DNA from: Paracoccaceae bacterium
GTDB taxonomy: Bacteria > Pseudomonadota > Alphaproteobacteria > MPNO01 > UBA830
Length of the DNA stretch: 64,000 nucleotides
Assembly: GCA_047638395.1 (NCBI GenBank)
Contig: JBLIMV010000003.1
Span: forward strand, 35,299-99,298
Direction of reading: 5' to 3'
Shown here: one piece after another, positions 1-8,930 of the stretch
How positions within the stretch are numbered: position 1 is the stretch's first letter
How the letters are laid out: every line of letters begins with the position of its first letter
Translations under genes and position numbers: made by a program
Notes under the pieces: model-generated
What the model saw: only the letters and a program-made list of their open reading frames with translations
Database searches by the model: none
What the model was told of the DNA's origin: nothing

Positions 1-431
1 ACTTCATCAAGTTCGTCGAATGGCCGGAGGAATCCTTCAAAAATTCAAACGCATCGCTGAACGTTTGCGTGTGGGGCAGCAAAACCGATGCCGCGTCAAT
101 GATGGGGCTGCATCAAAAAACGGCGAAACAGCGAACATTGAAGGTCATCGCCGTCAATCGCACCGCGGAACTGGGCCAATGCCACGTTCTGTTCTTGACC
201 CGGAACAACCGGGGTTCCTTCAAAGATGTACTTCGTTCGATTGCGCACAAGAAAATCCTGAGCGTCAGCGACATTACCGATTTCGCGAGAAACGGGGGTT
301 TGATCGGCCTGTTCAAGTCGGATGACCAGATGCGCTTCGCCATCAACGTCGAAGCAACCCAGCGATCAGGGCTCAGAATGAGTTCCCAGCTTCTAAAATT
401 CGGCACGATTGTCTCTGGTGGAGGCGACTGA
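1..431 (+). CDS. yfiR: YfiR/DUF4154-family periplasmic signalling protein, 5'-truncated by the window edge
   Basis: Frame open from nt 3: [11 protein letters not shown]...CHVLFL...[17 protein letters not shown]...[23 protein letters not shown], typical YfiR motifs; stop 2 nt before the kinase start. Confidence 0.85.
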   Translation, partial: FIKFVEWPEESFKNSNASLNVCVWGSKTDAASMMGLHQKTAKQRTLKVIAVNRTAELGQCHVLFLTRNNRGSFKDVLRSIAHKKILSVSDITDFARNGGLIGLFKSDDQMRFAINVEATQRSGLRMSSQLLKFGTIVSGGGD

Positions 432-433
432 TC

Positions 434-3244
434 ATGCGAGACATCTCTGCCCTCAAAAATCTGTCGATCAAGCGCAAGCTTTTTGCCCTCTCCGTTTCGA
501 TCTCCGCGATCGGCCTGCTGCTATCGGCGGTCGCGTTCACCGTGCTGGACTATAAGAATCTAAAACAGCGGATTCTGGCCGATCATCAGAGACTTGTTTC
601 GATTGTCGCCGTCAACCTCGTCGCACCTCTCGCCTTCGTCGACCGAAGTGCCGCGCAAACGGTCATCAACGGTCTTTCCAGCGTCGCGTCCATCGACACC
701 GCCGATATCCACGACCGAAACGGCGATGTTTTCGTGCATATGGGCAAGCCCGACATCGATAATATGCACCGGTCTTTTAGGGCGGTGACCGGGACCTTGG
801 ACAAAACGGGTCATCAATATGCAAATGGCGGCTTGACGATCTGGGCGCCGGTCGAACTCGACGGCGAAATCATTGGTCAGGTTCACCTGACGGTCAATCT
901 GAATGAGCTACAGCGCCATTTAAAAAACAGCTTCGCGATTGGCGCGGCATTAACGCTGTTGCTCATTATTGTATCCGCACTGCTGGCGGCTGGAACAGCC
1001 AGCATGATTTCAAAACCGATCCAGGGGCTTACCCGACGGATGGGCCAGGTCACGAAGAATCAGGACTACTCCATCAGAATGCACGTGAATGCCGGTGATG
1101 AAGTCGGTCTTCTGGTCGCCGGCTTCAACTCGATGCTCGACAAAATCGAAGAACGGGATTCAGAACTCGACACTTACCGCCACCAGCTCGAACAGCTCGT
1201 CACCGACCGGACCGCAGAGCTGGAAACCCGCAACCAGGAACTGCTGACCGCAAAAGTTACGGCTGAACGTGCGAGTGCGGCGAAATCCGAATTCCTCGCG
1301 AACATGAGCCATGAAATCCGAACACCAATGAACGGCGTGCTGGGCATGGCCGAGCTGTTGAACGATACAGACCTGACCGACCGGCAACAGCGTTTCGTTC
1401 GTAATATCCGCAACAGCGGCGAGAACCTGTTGAATGTGATCAACGATATTCTCGATTTCTCCAAGATAGAGACCGGGAAATTTCAACTCGCGCCATCGGA
1501 CTCAAATATACGCGACGCAATCGAGGAGCAGATGGATCTCCTCGTCCCGGCGGCCCACAAAAAGGGACTGGCCTGTGCCGTTTTTGTATCAGACGATGTA
1601 CCGGACATGCTCAGAGGTGACTTTGGTCGAATTCGCCAGGTACTGACCAATCTGGTCGGTAACGCGATTAAGTTTACCGAGCACGGCGAGATTGCCGTCC
1701 GCCTTACCCCGGTCAGATCAGACGAAAATCAAATTCAGCTGAGGCTTGAGGTATCGGATACCGGCATCGGTATTGCGACGGCTGATCAAGCTCGCCTGTT
1801 CCAATCATTCGAGCAGGTAGACAGTTCCGCATCGCGCAAATTCGGTGGTACGGGACTCGGATTGTCGATCGCCCGGCATCTTGTCATCCTGATGGGTGGT
1901 GATATCAGCGTTACCAGCGCGCCGGGCAAAGGCTCTACATTTGTCGCAGACATCGTGCTCGAGGTAACCGCGCCGGCGATGCCAGACAGTCCGAACACAG
2001 ATCCTGTTGAGGCGCTGCCCGCCGCCCCGGAAATACGTGTCCTGATGGTGGATCACAATGCCACCAACCGCGATATTATCCGCACCTATCTTGAAGACCG
2101 GCAAATCGACTGCGTATGTGTCGCCGATGCCGCATCGGCAATTGCTGAGCTTGGCACATCGAATGATTGTGACGAGACATTCGATGTCGTGATCACCGAT
2201 AGAGCAATGCCCGGAACGAACGGTGTCGCGCTCAGCCGCCAGATAAGAGCCAGCGGCACAAACGCGGATGTCCCAATCATTCTATTATCCACAGACAACG
2301 TCGCGCCGGACGAAGTGGACCTGCCACAACAAGCCGACGGATATCTGGCAAAACCGGTTCATCGGTCCGAACTGTACGCTCGCCTGGCAGAGGTTCTGAC
2401 CCCGCCGCCGACGCTACGGGCCATCGAGAGAAAAACTTCATCCCCTCCCGAGGTAAGCATTAAATTCGACGCCCAAATCCTGCTCGCCGAAGACAACGAA
2501 GTGAACCAGATCGTTGCAGCCGAACAATTGCAGGCGCTCGGCTGTCGTGTCGACATTGCCCAGAACGGCCGGGAAGCAGTCGATGCGTTCATTGCGCGAC
2601 ACTATGACATCGTCCTGATGGACTGCCAGATGCCAGAGATGGATGGTTTTCAGGCGGTCGCAGCCATCCGGGAACATGAAACAGGCCAAAATTTACGCAC
2701 GCCCGTCGTCGCACTGACCGCGCATGCATCGTCGGAAGATCGTGCAAAATGCCTGGCGGCCGGCATGGACGAGCATCTCTCGAAACCATTCAAACGCGAA
2801 CAACTCGTCGATTTGCTCCAATCATTGCTCGCGGAAGAAAAAAGCGTGCTCCAGCCCGGTCTTCGGGAAACACCGGAAGCATCAGAGATCGCCGGTCCGG
2901 ACCAATTGCTCGATCCATCGATTACCGATCCGTTACGGAACGGGAATCCGGGTCTTTGGAACCGGCTGGTTTCTGCATATCTGAGCTCCGCTGCACAGAA
3001 GAAGGTCGAGATGGTCCAGGGATTGTCAGAGGGCAACATTGACGCCGTCCGGATGGCAGCACATACGATGAAGGCATCGAGTGCCAATATGGGGGCCATG
3101 CGTTTGTCGGAGAAGTACCGCCAGCTGGAAAACGCCGCAGGTGCCACCGATCTCGACGCGATAAAAACGCTGCACCTGGACGCAGATGCGGAACTCGAAA
3201 GCGTTGTCTCTGTGCTCTCCGCCGAGCAGACGGCGGAAAGCTAA
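434..3244 (+). CDS. Membrane-bound hybrid sensor histidine kinase (TM-periplasmic sensor-TM-HAMP-HisKA-HATPase-REC-REC-Hpt)
   Basis: H-box [15 protein letters not shown]; N/G boxes ([23 protein letters not shown]); two receivers ([21 protein letters not shown]); Hpt [14 protein letters not shown]. Confidence 0.95.
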   Translation: MRDISALKNLSIKRKLFALSVSISAIGLLLSAVAFTVLDYKNLKQRILADHQRLVSIVAVNLVAPLAFVDRSAAQTVINGLSSVASIDTADIHDRNGDVFVHMGKPDIDNMHRSFRAVTGTLDKTGHQYANGGLTIWAPVELDGEIIGQVHLTVNLNELQRHLKNSFAIGAALTLLLIIVSALLAAGTASMISKPIQGLTRRMGQVTKNQDYSIRMHVNAGDEVGLLVAGFNSMLDKIEERDSELDTYRHQLEQLVTDRTAELETRNQELLTAKVTAERASAAKSEFLANMSHEIRTPMNGVLGMAELLNDTDLTDRQQRFVRNIRNSGENLLNVINDILDFSKIETGKFQLAPSDSNIRDAIEEQMDLLVPAAHKKGLACAVFVSDDVPDMLRGDFGRIRQVLTNLVGNAIKFTEHGEIAVRLTPVRSDENQIQLRLEVSDTGIGIATADQARLFQSFEQVDSSASRKFGGTGLGLSIARHLVILMGGDISVTSAPGKGSTFVADIVLEVTAPAMPDSPNTDPVEALPAAPEIRVLMVDHNATNRDIIRTYLEDRQIDCVCVADAASAIAELGTSNDCDETFDVVITDRAMPGTNGVALSRQIRASGTNADVPIILLSTDNVAPDEVDLPQQADGYLAKPVHRSELYARLAEVLTPPPTLRAIERKTSSPPEVSIKFDAQILLAEDNEVNQIVAAEQLQALGCRVDIAQNGREAVDAFIARHYDIVLMDCQMPEMDGFQAVAAIREHETGQNLRTPVVALTAHASSEDRAKCLAAGMDEHLSKPFKREQLVDLLQSLLAEEKSVLQPGLRETPEASEIAGPDQLLDPSITDPLRNGNPGLWNRLVSAYLSSAAQKKVEMVQGLSEGNIDAVRMAAHTMKASSANMGAMRLSEKYRQLENAAGATDLDAIKTLHLDADAELESVVSVLSAEQTAES

Positions 3245-3251
3245 AGACCGG

Positions 3252-4640
3252 TTATCCGGCCGCGGCCGCTATCTCCTGCCCGGCGACCCGCCCGATACCG
3301 AAGGCCTTGATCAGTCCACCGACATACCCGGCATTGGGGCCACCTTCGAGCCCACCGACCGCAGAGCCGGCAGCGTACAGACCGGGGATCGGCGCGCCGG
3401 TCGTATCCAGCACCCTCGCCCGACCATCGACGGCGACACCGCCAGATGTCACCGTAATCCCGGCGCAAAGCGGGATCGCATAATACGGCGCCTTTTCAAA
3501 CATGTGTGCGGGATAGGTCATCGTTGTCCGTGCCGGACTGAGTGCCGGCGCGCTGCCCGCCCGGACCATACCGTTGAACTCCTCGATCGTCGTGGTAAGC
3601 CCGGCAATGTCCAGATCAGCCTTCACCGCCAGTTCCGCCAACGTGTCGGCCTGCAGCACCGTGCCGCCATTCTCGATCAATGATGGGTTGGGCGGCACGA
3701 TGTCGTTCTCTTTCGCATCTTCCCAGACCGATGAATCGAAAACCGCGGTCGCCGACAGCGGGTCTGCCAGTCCGGCAATGGCATTGGTGACGTATATGCC
3801 ACCGAGGCCTTCGTCACAAAACCGGCTGCCATCGGATGTGACGACCATCCCCTTGGCGCAAATCACATCAAGCTGCGGATAAGGCCAGAGGTTTTCATTT
3901 GTCAGCGCATCGCGGCTGAGTACATGACCGTAAAATTTGTCGAGCCCGACGAGTGCAGCCCCGATATCGGCCGCCATCCGCAACCCGTCGCCCCTGCCCG
4001 TCTCTGTATTGCGTTGGCGAACTTTTTCCGGGTCCGCGGTTATGTGCTGACCGATCAGCTCGCGGTCTGCCTGAAAGCCACCATCGGCAATGACAACCGC
4101 TTTTGCCGCAATCCGCTCGCCATCCTCGAGAACGACGCCGATGACAGTGCCATCCTCTGTCAGGATGCTCGTTACCCGGGCGCCCCGGCGCAATTCGCCT
4201 CCCCGCTCAGCGAGCTTTTCGCCCAGTGCTTGCAGGAACAAATGGGGGCCGCTGTTCTCCCAGTCGAGCCCGGCGCGCATGGCCCGCCCCGGGGCCATCA
4301 TCGGCATTCCCCACGATCGGCGCGGATGCTGAAGGAATTCACTTCCCTCTTCACGCATCCAGTCGATCGTCGCCTGGGCGTTGTCAGCGACTGCCCGCGC
4401 GATATCTTCGCGCGCCGCGCCGCCGGTAACATCCATGATCGCCCTATATAGGTCTTCTGCCGGTTCTTCCGGGCCGTGAAACGCCACATGGAGCGCACCG
4501 GTGGCGACGCGTGAATTACACATATAAAGATCGTCGGTACCGGCTTCGAGCACCACTGGTCGCGCGCCGCCCAGGGCTGCATGATTAGCTGCCGTAAGGC
4601 CAGCAAACCCGCCGCCGATTATCGCTACATCGAATGTCAT
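3252..4640 (-). CDS. FAD-dependent oxidoreductase, fumarate reductase/TcuA/3-ketosteroid dehydrogenase flavoprotein family
   Basis: N-terminal GGGFAGL dinucleotide fold, VVIADGGF, TSGGVAVD, IPGLYAAG; substrate not assignable. Confidence 0.85.
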   Translation of the reverse strand: MTFDVAIIGGGFAGLTAANHAALGGARPVVLEAGTDDLYMCNSRVATGALHVAFHGPEEPAEDLYRAIMDVTGGAAREDIARAVADNAQATIDWMREEGSEFLQHPRRSWGMPMMAPGRAMRAGLDWENSGPHLFLQALGEKLAERGGELRRGARVTSILTEDGTVIGVVLEDGERIAAKAVVIADGGFQADRELIGQHITADPEKVRQRNTETGRGDGLRMAADIGAALVGLDKFYGHVLSRDALTNENLWPYPQLDVICAKGMVVTSDGSRFCDEGLGGIYVTNAIAGLADPLSATAVFDSSVWEDAKENDIVPPNPSLIENGGTVLQADTLAELAVKADLDIAGLTTTIEEFNGMVRAGSAPALSPARTTMTYPAHMFEKAPYYAIPLCAGITVTSGGVAVDGRARVLDTTGAPIPGLYAAGSAVGGLEGGPNAGYVGGLIKAFGIGRVAGQEIAAAAG

Positions 4641-4676
4641 CGTCCCAGGCCTTTACTGCTCGGTCTATCTATCCGG

Positions 4677-5969
4677 TCAGCTTAGTACAGAGGGCAGGAA
4701 CAAGGCGATACCCGGGAAGAAAACAACCAGCAGCAGCCGGAAGATATCTGCGGCGAAGAACGGAATGATACCTTTGAAGATGGTCGAGAGCGCCACATCG
4801 GGCAGCATCGATTTCAACACAAACACATTGAGCCCGATGGGCGGCGTGATCAGGCTGATCTCCACCACCATCACCATCACAATACCGAACCAGACCAGAT
4901 CGAAGCCAAGGCCGTCTACGATGGGCACAAAGATCGGAACGGTCAGGAAGATCATCGCCAGGCCTTCGATCACCGTGCCCAGAATGATATAGAATCCGAG
5001 AATGATCAGGATCACGACGATGGGCGCCAGCGACAGCGTCTCGATCCACGCGACCATGCCCGCCGACAGACCCGACAGAATGACGAAGCTGTTCAGTACC
5101 AGCGCCCCGATGATAATCGTGAAGATCAGCGCGGTCGTATGCGCTGCTTCGAGAATGGCATCGAACATGATCCGCCACGTCATCCGCCGCCGGCCGATGG
5201 CGAAGGCCAGCGCGCCGATGGCGCCGATACCGCCGGCTTCGTTGGGCGTAAATACGCCGAACGAAATACCGCCCAGGATCAGCAGGAACAGCGCAAGCAC
5301 GGCCCAGACCCGGTACAACGACCGCCAGCGATCGGGCCAACTCGTGTGCGCGCCAGGCGGACAGTCTTCGGGACGGACACGCGCCAGGATGGCGATCACA
5401 CCCATATAAACCGCAATCGTCAGAACACCGGGAAGAATGCCGGCGATAAACAGCTCGGCAATGCTCTCCTCGGTTAGAATTCCATAGACGATGAGCGCCG
5501 CGCTCGGCGGTATCAGAAATCCCATCGTGCCGCCGGCCGCGACTGTGCCGGCAGCAATGCTGTCGGCATACTTAAACCGCCGCATCGACGGCACAGCGAC
5601 CTTGGCCATCGTCGCCGCCGTCGCGGCAGACGAGCCCGATATCGCCGAAAATCCGCCACAGGCCGCAACAGTCGCCAGCGCGAGGCCGCCTTTCAGATGT
5701 CCAAACCACGCATTCGCGCAATCGTACAGATCATCCGAGAGCGCCGCCCGGTAGACGAACGTGCCCATCAGCAGAAACATCGGGAGGACGGCAAAATTCG
5801 TGTTCAGCGTCACGTCGATAATCTGCTGGCTGACGGTTTCCATCGCCGGTTCCCACCCGCGCAGAATGCCGACGCCGACAAACCCGGTCAGCAGCATGGA
5901 CAGACCGAGCGGAAACCCGAGAAACGCCAATGCGAGCAGCGCGGCAAATCCGATCAGCGCGGTCAGCAT
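4677..5969 (-). CDS. dctM: TRAP transporter large permease (DctM)
   Basis: Start taken at MLTALIG (5969) rather than the track's 6125; motifs SGSSAATAA, AAGGTMGFLIPPS, ISLITPPIGLNVFV. Confidence 0.92.
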   Translation of the reverse strand: MLTALIGFAALLALAFLGFPLGLSMLLTGFVGVGILRGWEPAMETVSQQIIDVTLNTNFAVLPMFLLMGTFVYRAALSDDLYDCANAWFGHLKGGLALATVAACGGFSAISGSSAATAATMAKVAVPSMRRFKYADSIAAGTVAAGGTMGFLIPPSAALIVYGILTEESIAELFIAGILPGVLTIAVYMGVIAILARVRPEDCPPGAHTSWPDRWRSLYRVWAVLALFLLILGGISFGVFTPNEAGGIGAIGALAFAIGRRRMTWRIMFDAILEAAHTTALIFTIIIGALVLNSFVILSGLSAGMVAWIETLSLAPIVVILIILGFYIILGTVIEGLAMIFLTVPIFVPIVDGLGFDLVWFGIVMVMVVEISLITPPIGLNVFVLKSMLPDVALSTIFKGIIPFFAADIFRLLLVVFFPGIALFLPSVLS

Positions 5970-6451
5970 ATATTGGTCTTCTCGATATCTTCGACCGGCC
6001 GGCGCAGCCCTTTGATCGTAATGATAATCATGCCGACAGCCGTAAATGCGCAGATAGCGGCCATGACCAGCAGCAGCGGCACCCGGGTAATCTCGAGATT
6101 CTCGGTCACGAAGTCGTTCGCCCATTCATCAATCGCGGCCGCATAGAGGCGTTCAGCCATGAAGCCGGCCATCGCCGCAGTGCCGAGACGCACAGCCACC
6201 TGCCGCACACGACGCGCCCCACCACGAATAAAGCCGTCGAACAGATCGACCGTGATATGGCGTTCCTGAAAGGTGACCAGCGGGAATGCGCCAATCATGG
6301 CAATACCGAGGATCAGCCCGACGATCTCAAACGCGCCGGGGATGGGGGCATTGAAGAAATACCTGCCGATGACATCGACAAAGGTCAGCACCGCCATTCC
6401 AAAGACGGCGATGGCGACAGCGACCAGGGCGAGAAGTTTCAATTTTGCCAT
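5963..6451 (-). CDS. dctQ: TRAP transporter small permease (DctQ)
   Basis: 4 hydrophobic segments, DVIGRYFFNAPIPG and HITVDL motifs; lies between dctP and dctM. Confidence 0.9.
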   Translation of the reverse strand: MAKLKLLALVAVAIAVFGMAVLTFVDVIGRYFFNAPIPGAFEIVGLILGIAMIGAFPLVTFQERHITVDLFDGFIRGGARRVRQVAVRLGTAAMAGFMAERLYAAAIDEWANDFVTENLEITRVPLLLVMAAICAFTAVGMIIITIKGLRRPVEDIEKTNIC

Positions 6452-6468
6452 CAGCGGAACTGCCGGTC

Positions 6469-6523
6469 ACCCCGAAAGGCAGCCGGCCTCCTGCAATCAG
6501 TCATAAGACCGACCCCGAAAGGC
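6469..6523. repeat. 12-bp direct repeat ACCCCGAAAGGC (6469-6480, 6512-6523); hairpin-forming on the minus-strand mRNA between dctP and dctQ
   Basis: Two exact copies read directly; the copy at 6469 sits in a GCCGG...CCGGC stem with a UUCG-containing loop. Confidence 0.6.
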
Positions 6524-7554
6524 TATTTGGCCTGCGCCCTGAAAAATGCGAGGGCCGCCTTGCCGTCAACACCCCGGGATTTCGCGGTCTTGATCCAGTC
6601 TGCGGTGTAGTGGGCTGACATCGCCTTCATGTCTTTGACGAAAGCGGGGCTCGCCTTGTGAAATTTGATCCCCTTCTTCATCGCGACCTGCTGGATCTTT
6701 TTGTCGAGCAAATCCGTCTTGCCACCGGCATTAAGGGCAATGCGTTCACCGGAAACCGACGTGATCGCCGCCTTGTCGGCTTTTGACAGACGCTTCCACT
6801 TTTTCTGATTCAGCAGGAGCGAGAACGTCACCGCGTGCAGACCCTCAGGAATCAGCGTCGCATGTTTGATGTACGGCATCGTCTTGAATGCCGCGAGTGT
6901 GTAGGTCGATGTCGTCGTCCCGTTCACGATCCCCTTGGAAACGACGTTGAACATTTTCACGCCCGGTACCGACACCACGACCGCGCCGAATTCGGACATC
7001 ATGCGGTTCGGCATGCCCGCAATCGACCACATCTTTTCATTCTTCAGATCGGCAAGCGATAAGATCGGTTTGGAGCCGTGATAGAAATTCGCGCCCGACA
7101 GGGTCCATAGCCCAAGCAGCTTCATGCCTTTGTATTCGTTCGCCTTGGCAAAAAACTTCTGCTGTGTCCGCCAGAGGCCGACACTCCGGTCCTTGGCCTT
7201 TTCTCCCAGAAACGGGAGCTGTGCCATCGGCGGCAGCTTCAGACGGTTACGTTCAAAGATATTGGCAAGCATCGCGACATCGGCAATCCCCTTGGACACC
7301 ATGTTCCACTGCTTTGGCGGCGGCGCCAGCGACGCGGTTGTGAAGTCGACCTTGACACGGCCCTTCGTCGCCTTGGCAACGTCAGCCGCCCAAGGTTTGA
7401 ACATCCCGGTATGGAAGGGGTGTTTGACCGGCACAAACAGATTGAACAGGAATTTTGTCTCCGCCGCGGCCGGGGCGGAAATGCTCATCATCGACATCGC
7501 GACTGCAGCTGCCGAAAGGCCGGTGATCGAAATTTTGCGAAGATTGGTATTCAT
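6523..7554 (-). CDS. dctP: TRAP transporter substrate-binding protein (DctP family)
   Basis: Signal peptide (AAAVAMSMMSISAPAAA), ATKGRVKV, GIADVA, LPF, GMKLLG; first gene of the dctPQM cluster. Confidence 0.9.
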   Translation of the reverse strand: MNTNLRKISITGLSAAAVAMSMMSISAPAAAETKFLFNLFVPVKHPFHTGMFKPWAADVAKATKGRVKVDFTTASLAPPPKQWNMVSKGIADVAMLANIFERNRLKLPPMAQLPFLGEKAKDRSVGLWRTQQKFFAKANEYKGMKLLGLWTLSGANFYHGSKPILSLADLKNEKMWSIAGMPNRMMSEFGAVVVSVPGVKMFNVVSKGIVNGTTTSTYTLAAFKTMPYIKHATLIPEGLHAVTFSLLLNQKKWKRLSKADKAAITSVSGERIALNAGGKTDLLDKKIQQVAMKKGIKFHKASPAFVKDMKAMSAHYTADWIKTAKSRGVDGKAALAFFRAQAK

Positions 7555-7650
7555 GACGTTCTCCCCGTATTTTTATGGATAGTCTTTCGAGGTGCCGTCG
7601 CAGGCATTTTCCCGCGTTCGGTCGATGCCCAAAAGTGTACCCTGCCAATT

Positions 7651-7671
7651 CAAAATATCGAAATTATTTTG
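7651..7671. promoter_or_regulatory. Inverted repeat CAAAATA-N7-TATTTTG, candidate operator between divergent dctP and VOC genes
   Basis: Perfect 7-bp arms in an AT-rich intergenic patch; cognate regulator unknown. Confidence 0.45.
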
Positions 7672-7711
7672 GTATGGCCGTCGAAATCGAGATAACTGAG
7701 GAAATGCAGCG

Positions 7712-8110
7712 ATGATCACAACCAGGGGCCTGGCCCATTTCACCCTCCCCGTCACCGATACCGTCCGCAGCATGTCGTTCTATACCGAGATACTCGGCAT
7801 GACGCCGATACAGGTAAATCATGATCGCGGGATGGTGTTTCTGGATTGTGGCGGAGACTGCCTGATCCTTTCCAGATCGGACGCGAAGATAAACCCGGAC
7901 GACCACGACGTGCATCACGCCTTTATCGTGGATGCGGAAGACTACGAGAGCGCCAAACAGGACCTGGCCGCCAATGGCGTCGATGTGTTCTTCGAGGAAG
8001 ACCGCCAGGGCGGTGCCGTAAACGGGCCGCGCGCCTATTTTCATGACCCGGACGGCAACGTGCTCGAGATCATCAATCTGACGAGCTACAAGGGCGACCC
8101 CGCCGGATAA
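7712..8110 (+). CDS. VOC/glyoxalase-family protein
   Basis: GLAHFTLPVTD..RSMSFY..ILG, HHAFIV, YFHDPDGNVLEI metal-binding pattern. Confidence 0.88.
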   Translation: MITTRGLAHFTLPVTDTVRSMSFYTEILGMTPIQVNHDRGMVFLDCGGDCLILSRSDAKINPDDHDVHHAFIVDAEDYESAKQDLAANGVDVFFEEDRQGGAVNGPRAYFHDPDGNVLEIINLTSYKGDPAG

Positions 8111-8192
8111 AGCGGGCCAAAAACTGGCCGTATTCTGGCCCGTTTTTGTCCCGTTTCGGGCAAAACTGCACACAGGGCTGGGGGTATCTCAG

Positions 8193-8283
8193 CCATCCAC
8201 AGGCAGGGGCTTGGCGATTCGGCTCTATTGCGGTGCAATAACAACAGGTTACGAAAGCTTATCCCCAAGCACAGCTTTCCACA
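8193..8283 (+). promoter_or_regulatory. DnaA-box-like elements upstream of gcrA: CCATCCACA (8193), TTATCCCCA (8259), CTTTCCACA (8275)
   Basis: 1-2 mismatches to TTWTNCACA, same orientation; gcrA is DnaA-activated in Caulobacter. Confidence 0.5.
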
Positions 8284-8326
8284 GGAAATTTGCGGAAAAC
8301 CGCAGATTCCGGTTGCTCTCGGAGCC

Positions 8327-8373
8327 CGCCCATATATAGTAGTCACCAGTTTGTAACATACTGCATATTGCGT
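8327..8373. promoter_or_regulatory. Tandem NrdR-box-like 16-mers CGCCCATATATAGTAG (8327-8342) and ATACTGCATATTGCGT (8358-8373)
   Basis: Each has one mismatch in the conserved positions of acaCwAtATaTwGtgt; 31 bp apart, the usual NrdR tandem spacing. Confidence 0.45.
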
Positions 8374-8421
8374 ATGTAGTACGGGTTGGCACAAAAGTTA
8401 AGTTACAAGGAGGGGAAAGTG

Positions 8422-8799
8422 ATGCAGTGGAGTCCCGAACGAGTCGAGACACTCACGCGTCTTTGGGCAGAAGGTCTTTCGGCGCGGCAAATAGCCGAGA
8501 AGCTTGGTGGCGGAGTCACGCGAAATGCCGTTATCGGCAAGGCACACCGGCTTAATTTACAGCGTGGCACAGAAATTCCGAAGAAGGAGCCGGAGCCGGA
8601 GCCCGTAATCTTCGAGGAACCCGTTTTTCATCACCCGTCAGCGGATGTGGAAACATGGATGTGCCGCTGGCCCAGTGATGAGGCGGGCAAGTTCGGTCTG
8701 CACATCTGCGGCAAGACGAACCAGCCGGGCCGGCATTACTGTGCCGAACATTGCACGGCACATTATCTGCTGCGTCGACGCGCGACGGTCGCCGCATAG
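8422..8799 (+). CDS. gcrA: GcrA-family cell-cycle regulator (short, divergent; 125 aa)
   Basis: MQWSPERVETLTRLWAEGLSARQIAEKLGGGVTRNAVIGKAHRL N-terminal HTH; C-terminal CRWP..CG..YCAEH; start at ATG 8422 after AGGAGG. Confidence 0.88.
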   Translation: MQWSPERVETLTRLWAEGLSARQIAEKLGGGVTRNAVIGKAHRLNLQRGTEIPKKEPEPEPVIFEEPVFHHPSADVETWMCRWPSDEAGKFGLHICGKTNQPGRHYCAEHCTAHYLLRRRATVAA

Positions 8800-8826
8800 G
8801 GCACAGGTTCACATAAGCTATCCGAC

Positions 8827-8854
8827 AAAAGGCGTCCCGACAGGGACGCCTTTT
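8827..8854. terminator. Rho-independent terminator after gcrA (probably bidirectional)
   Basis: AAAAGGCGTCCC-gaca-GGGACGCCTTTT. Confidence 0.85.
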
Positions 8855-8930
8855 CTCGTTTGGGTACGGGAGACTTGATGGAAATGCGTCGCCGCGCAAA
8901 GATAGGCGTTCATTACATCGGATGGCGGCC

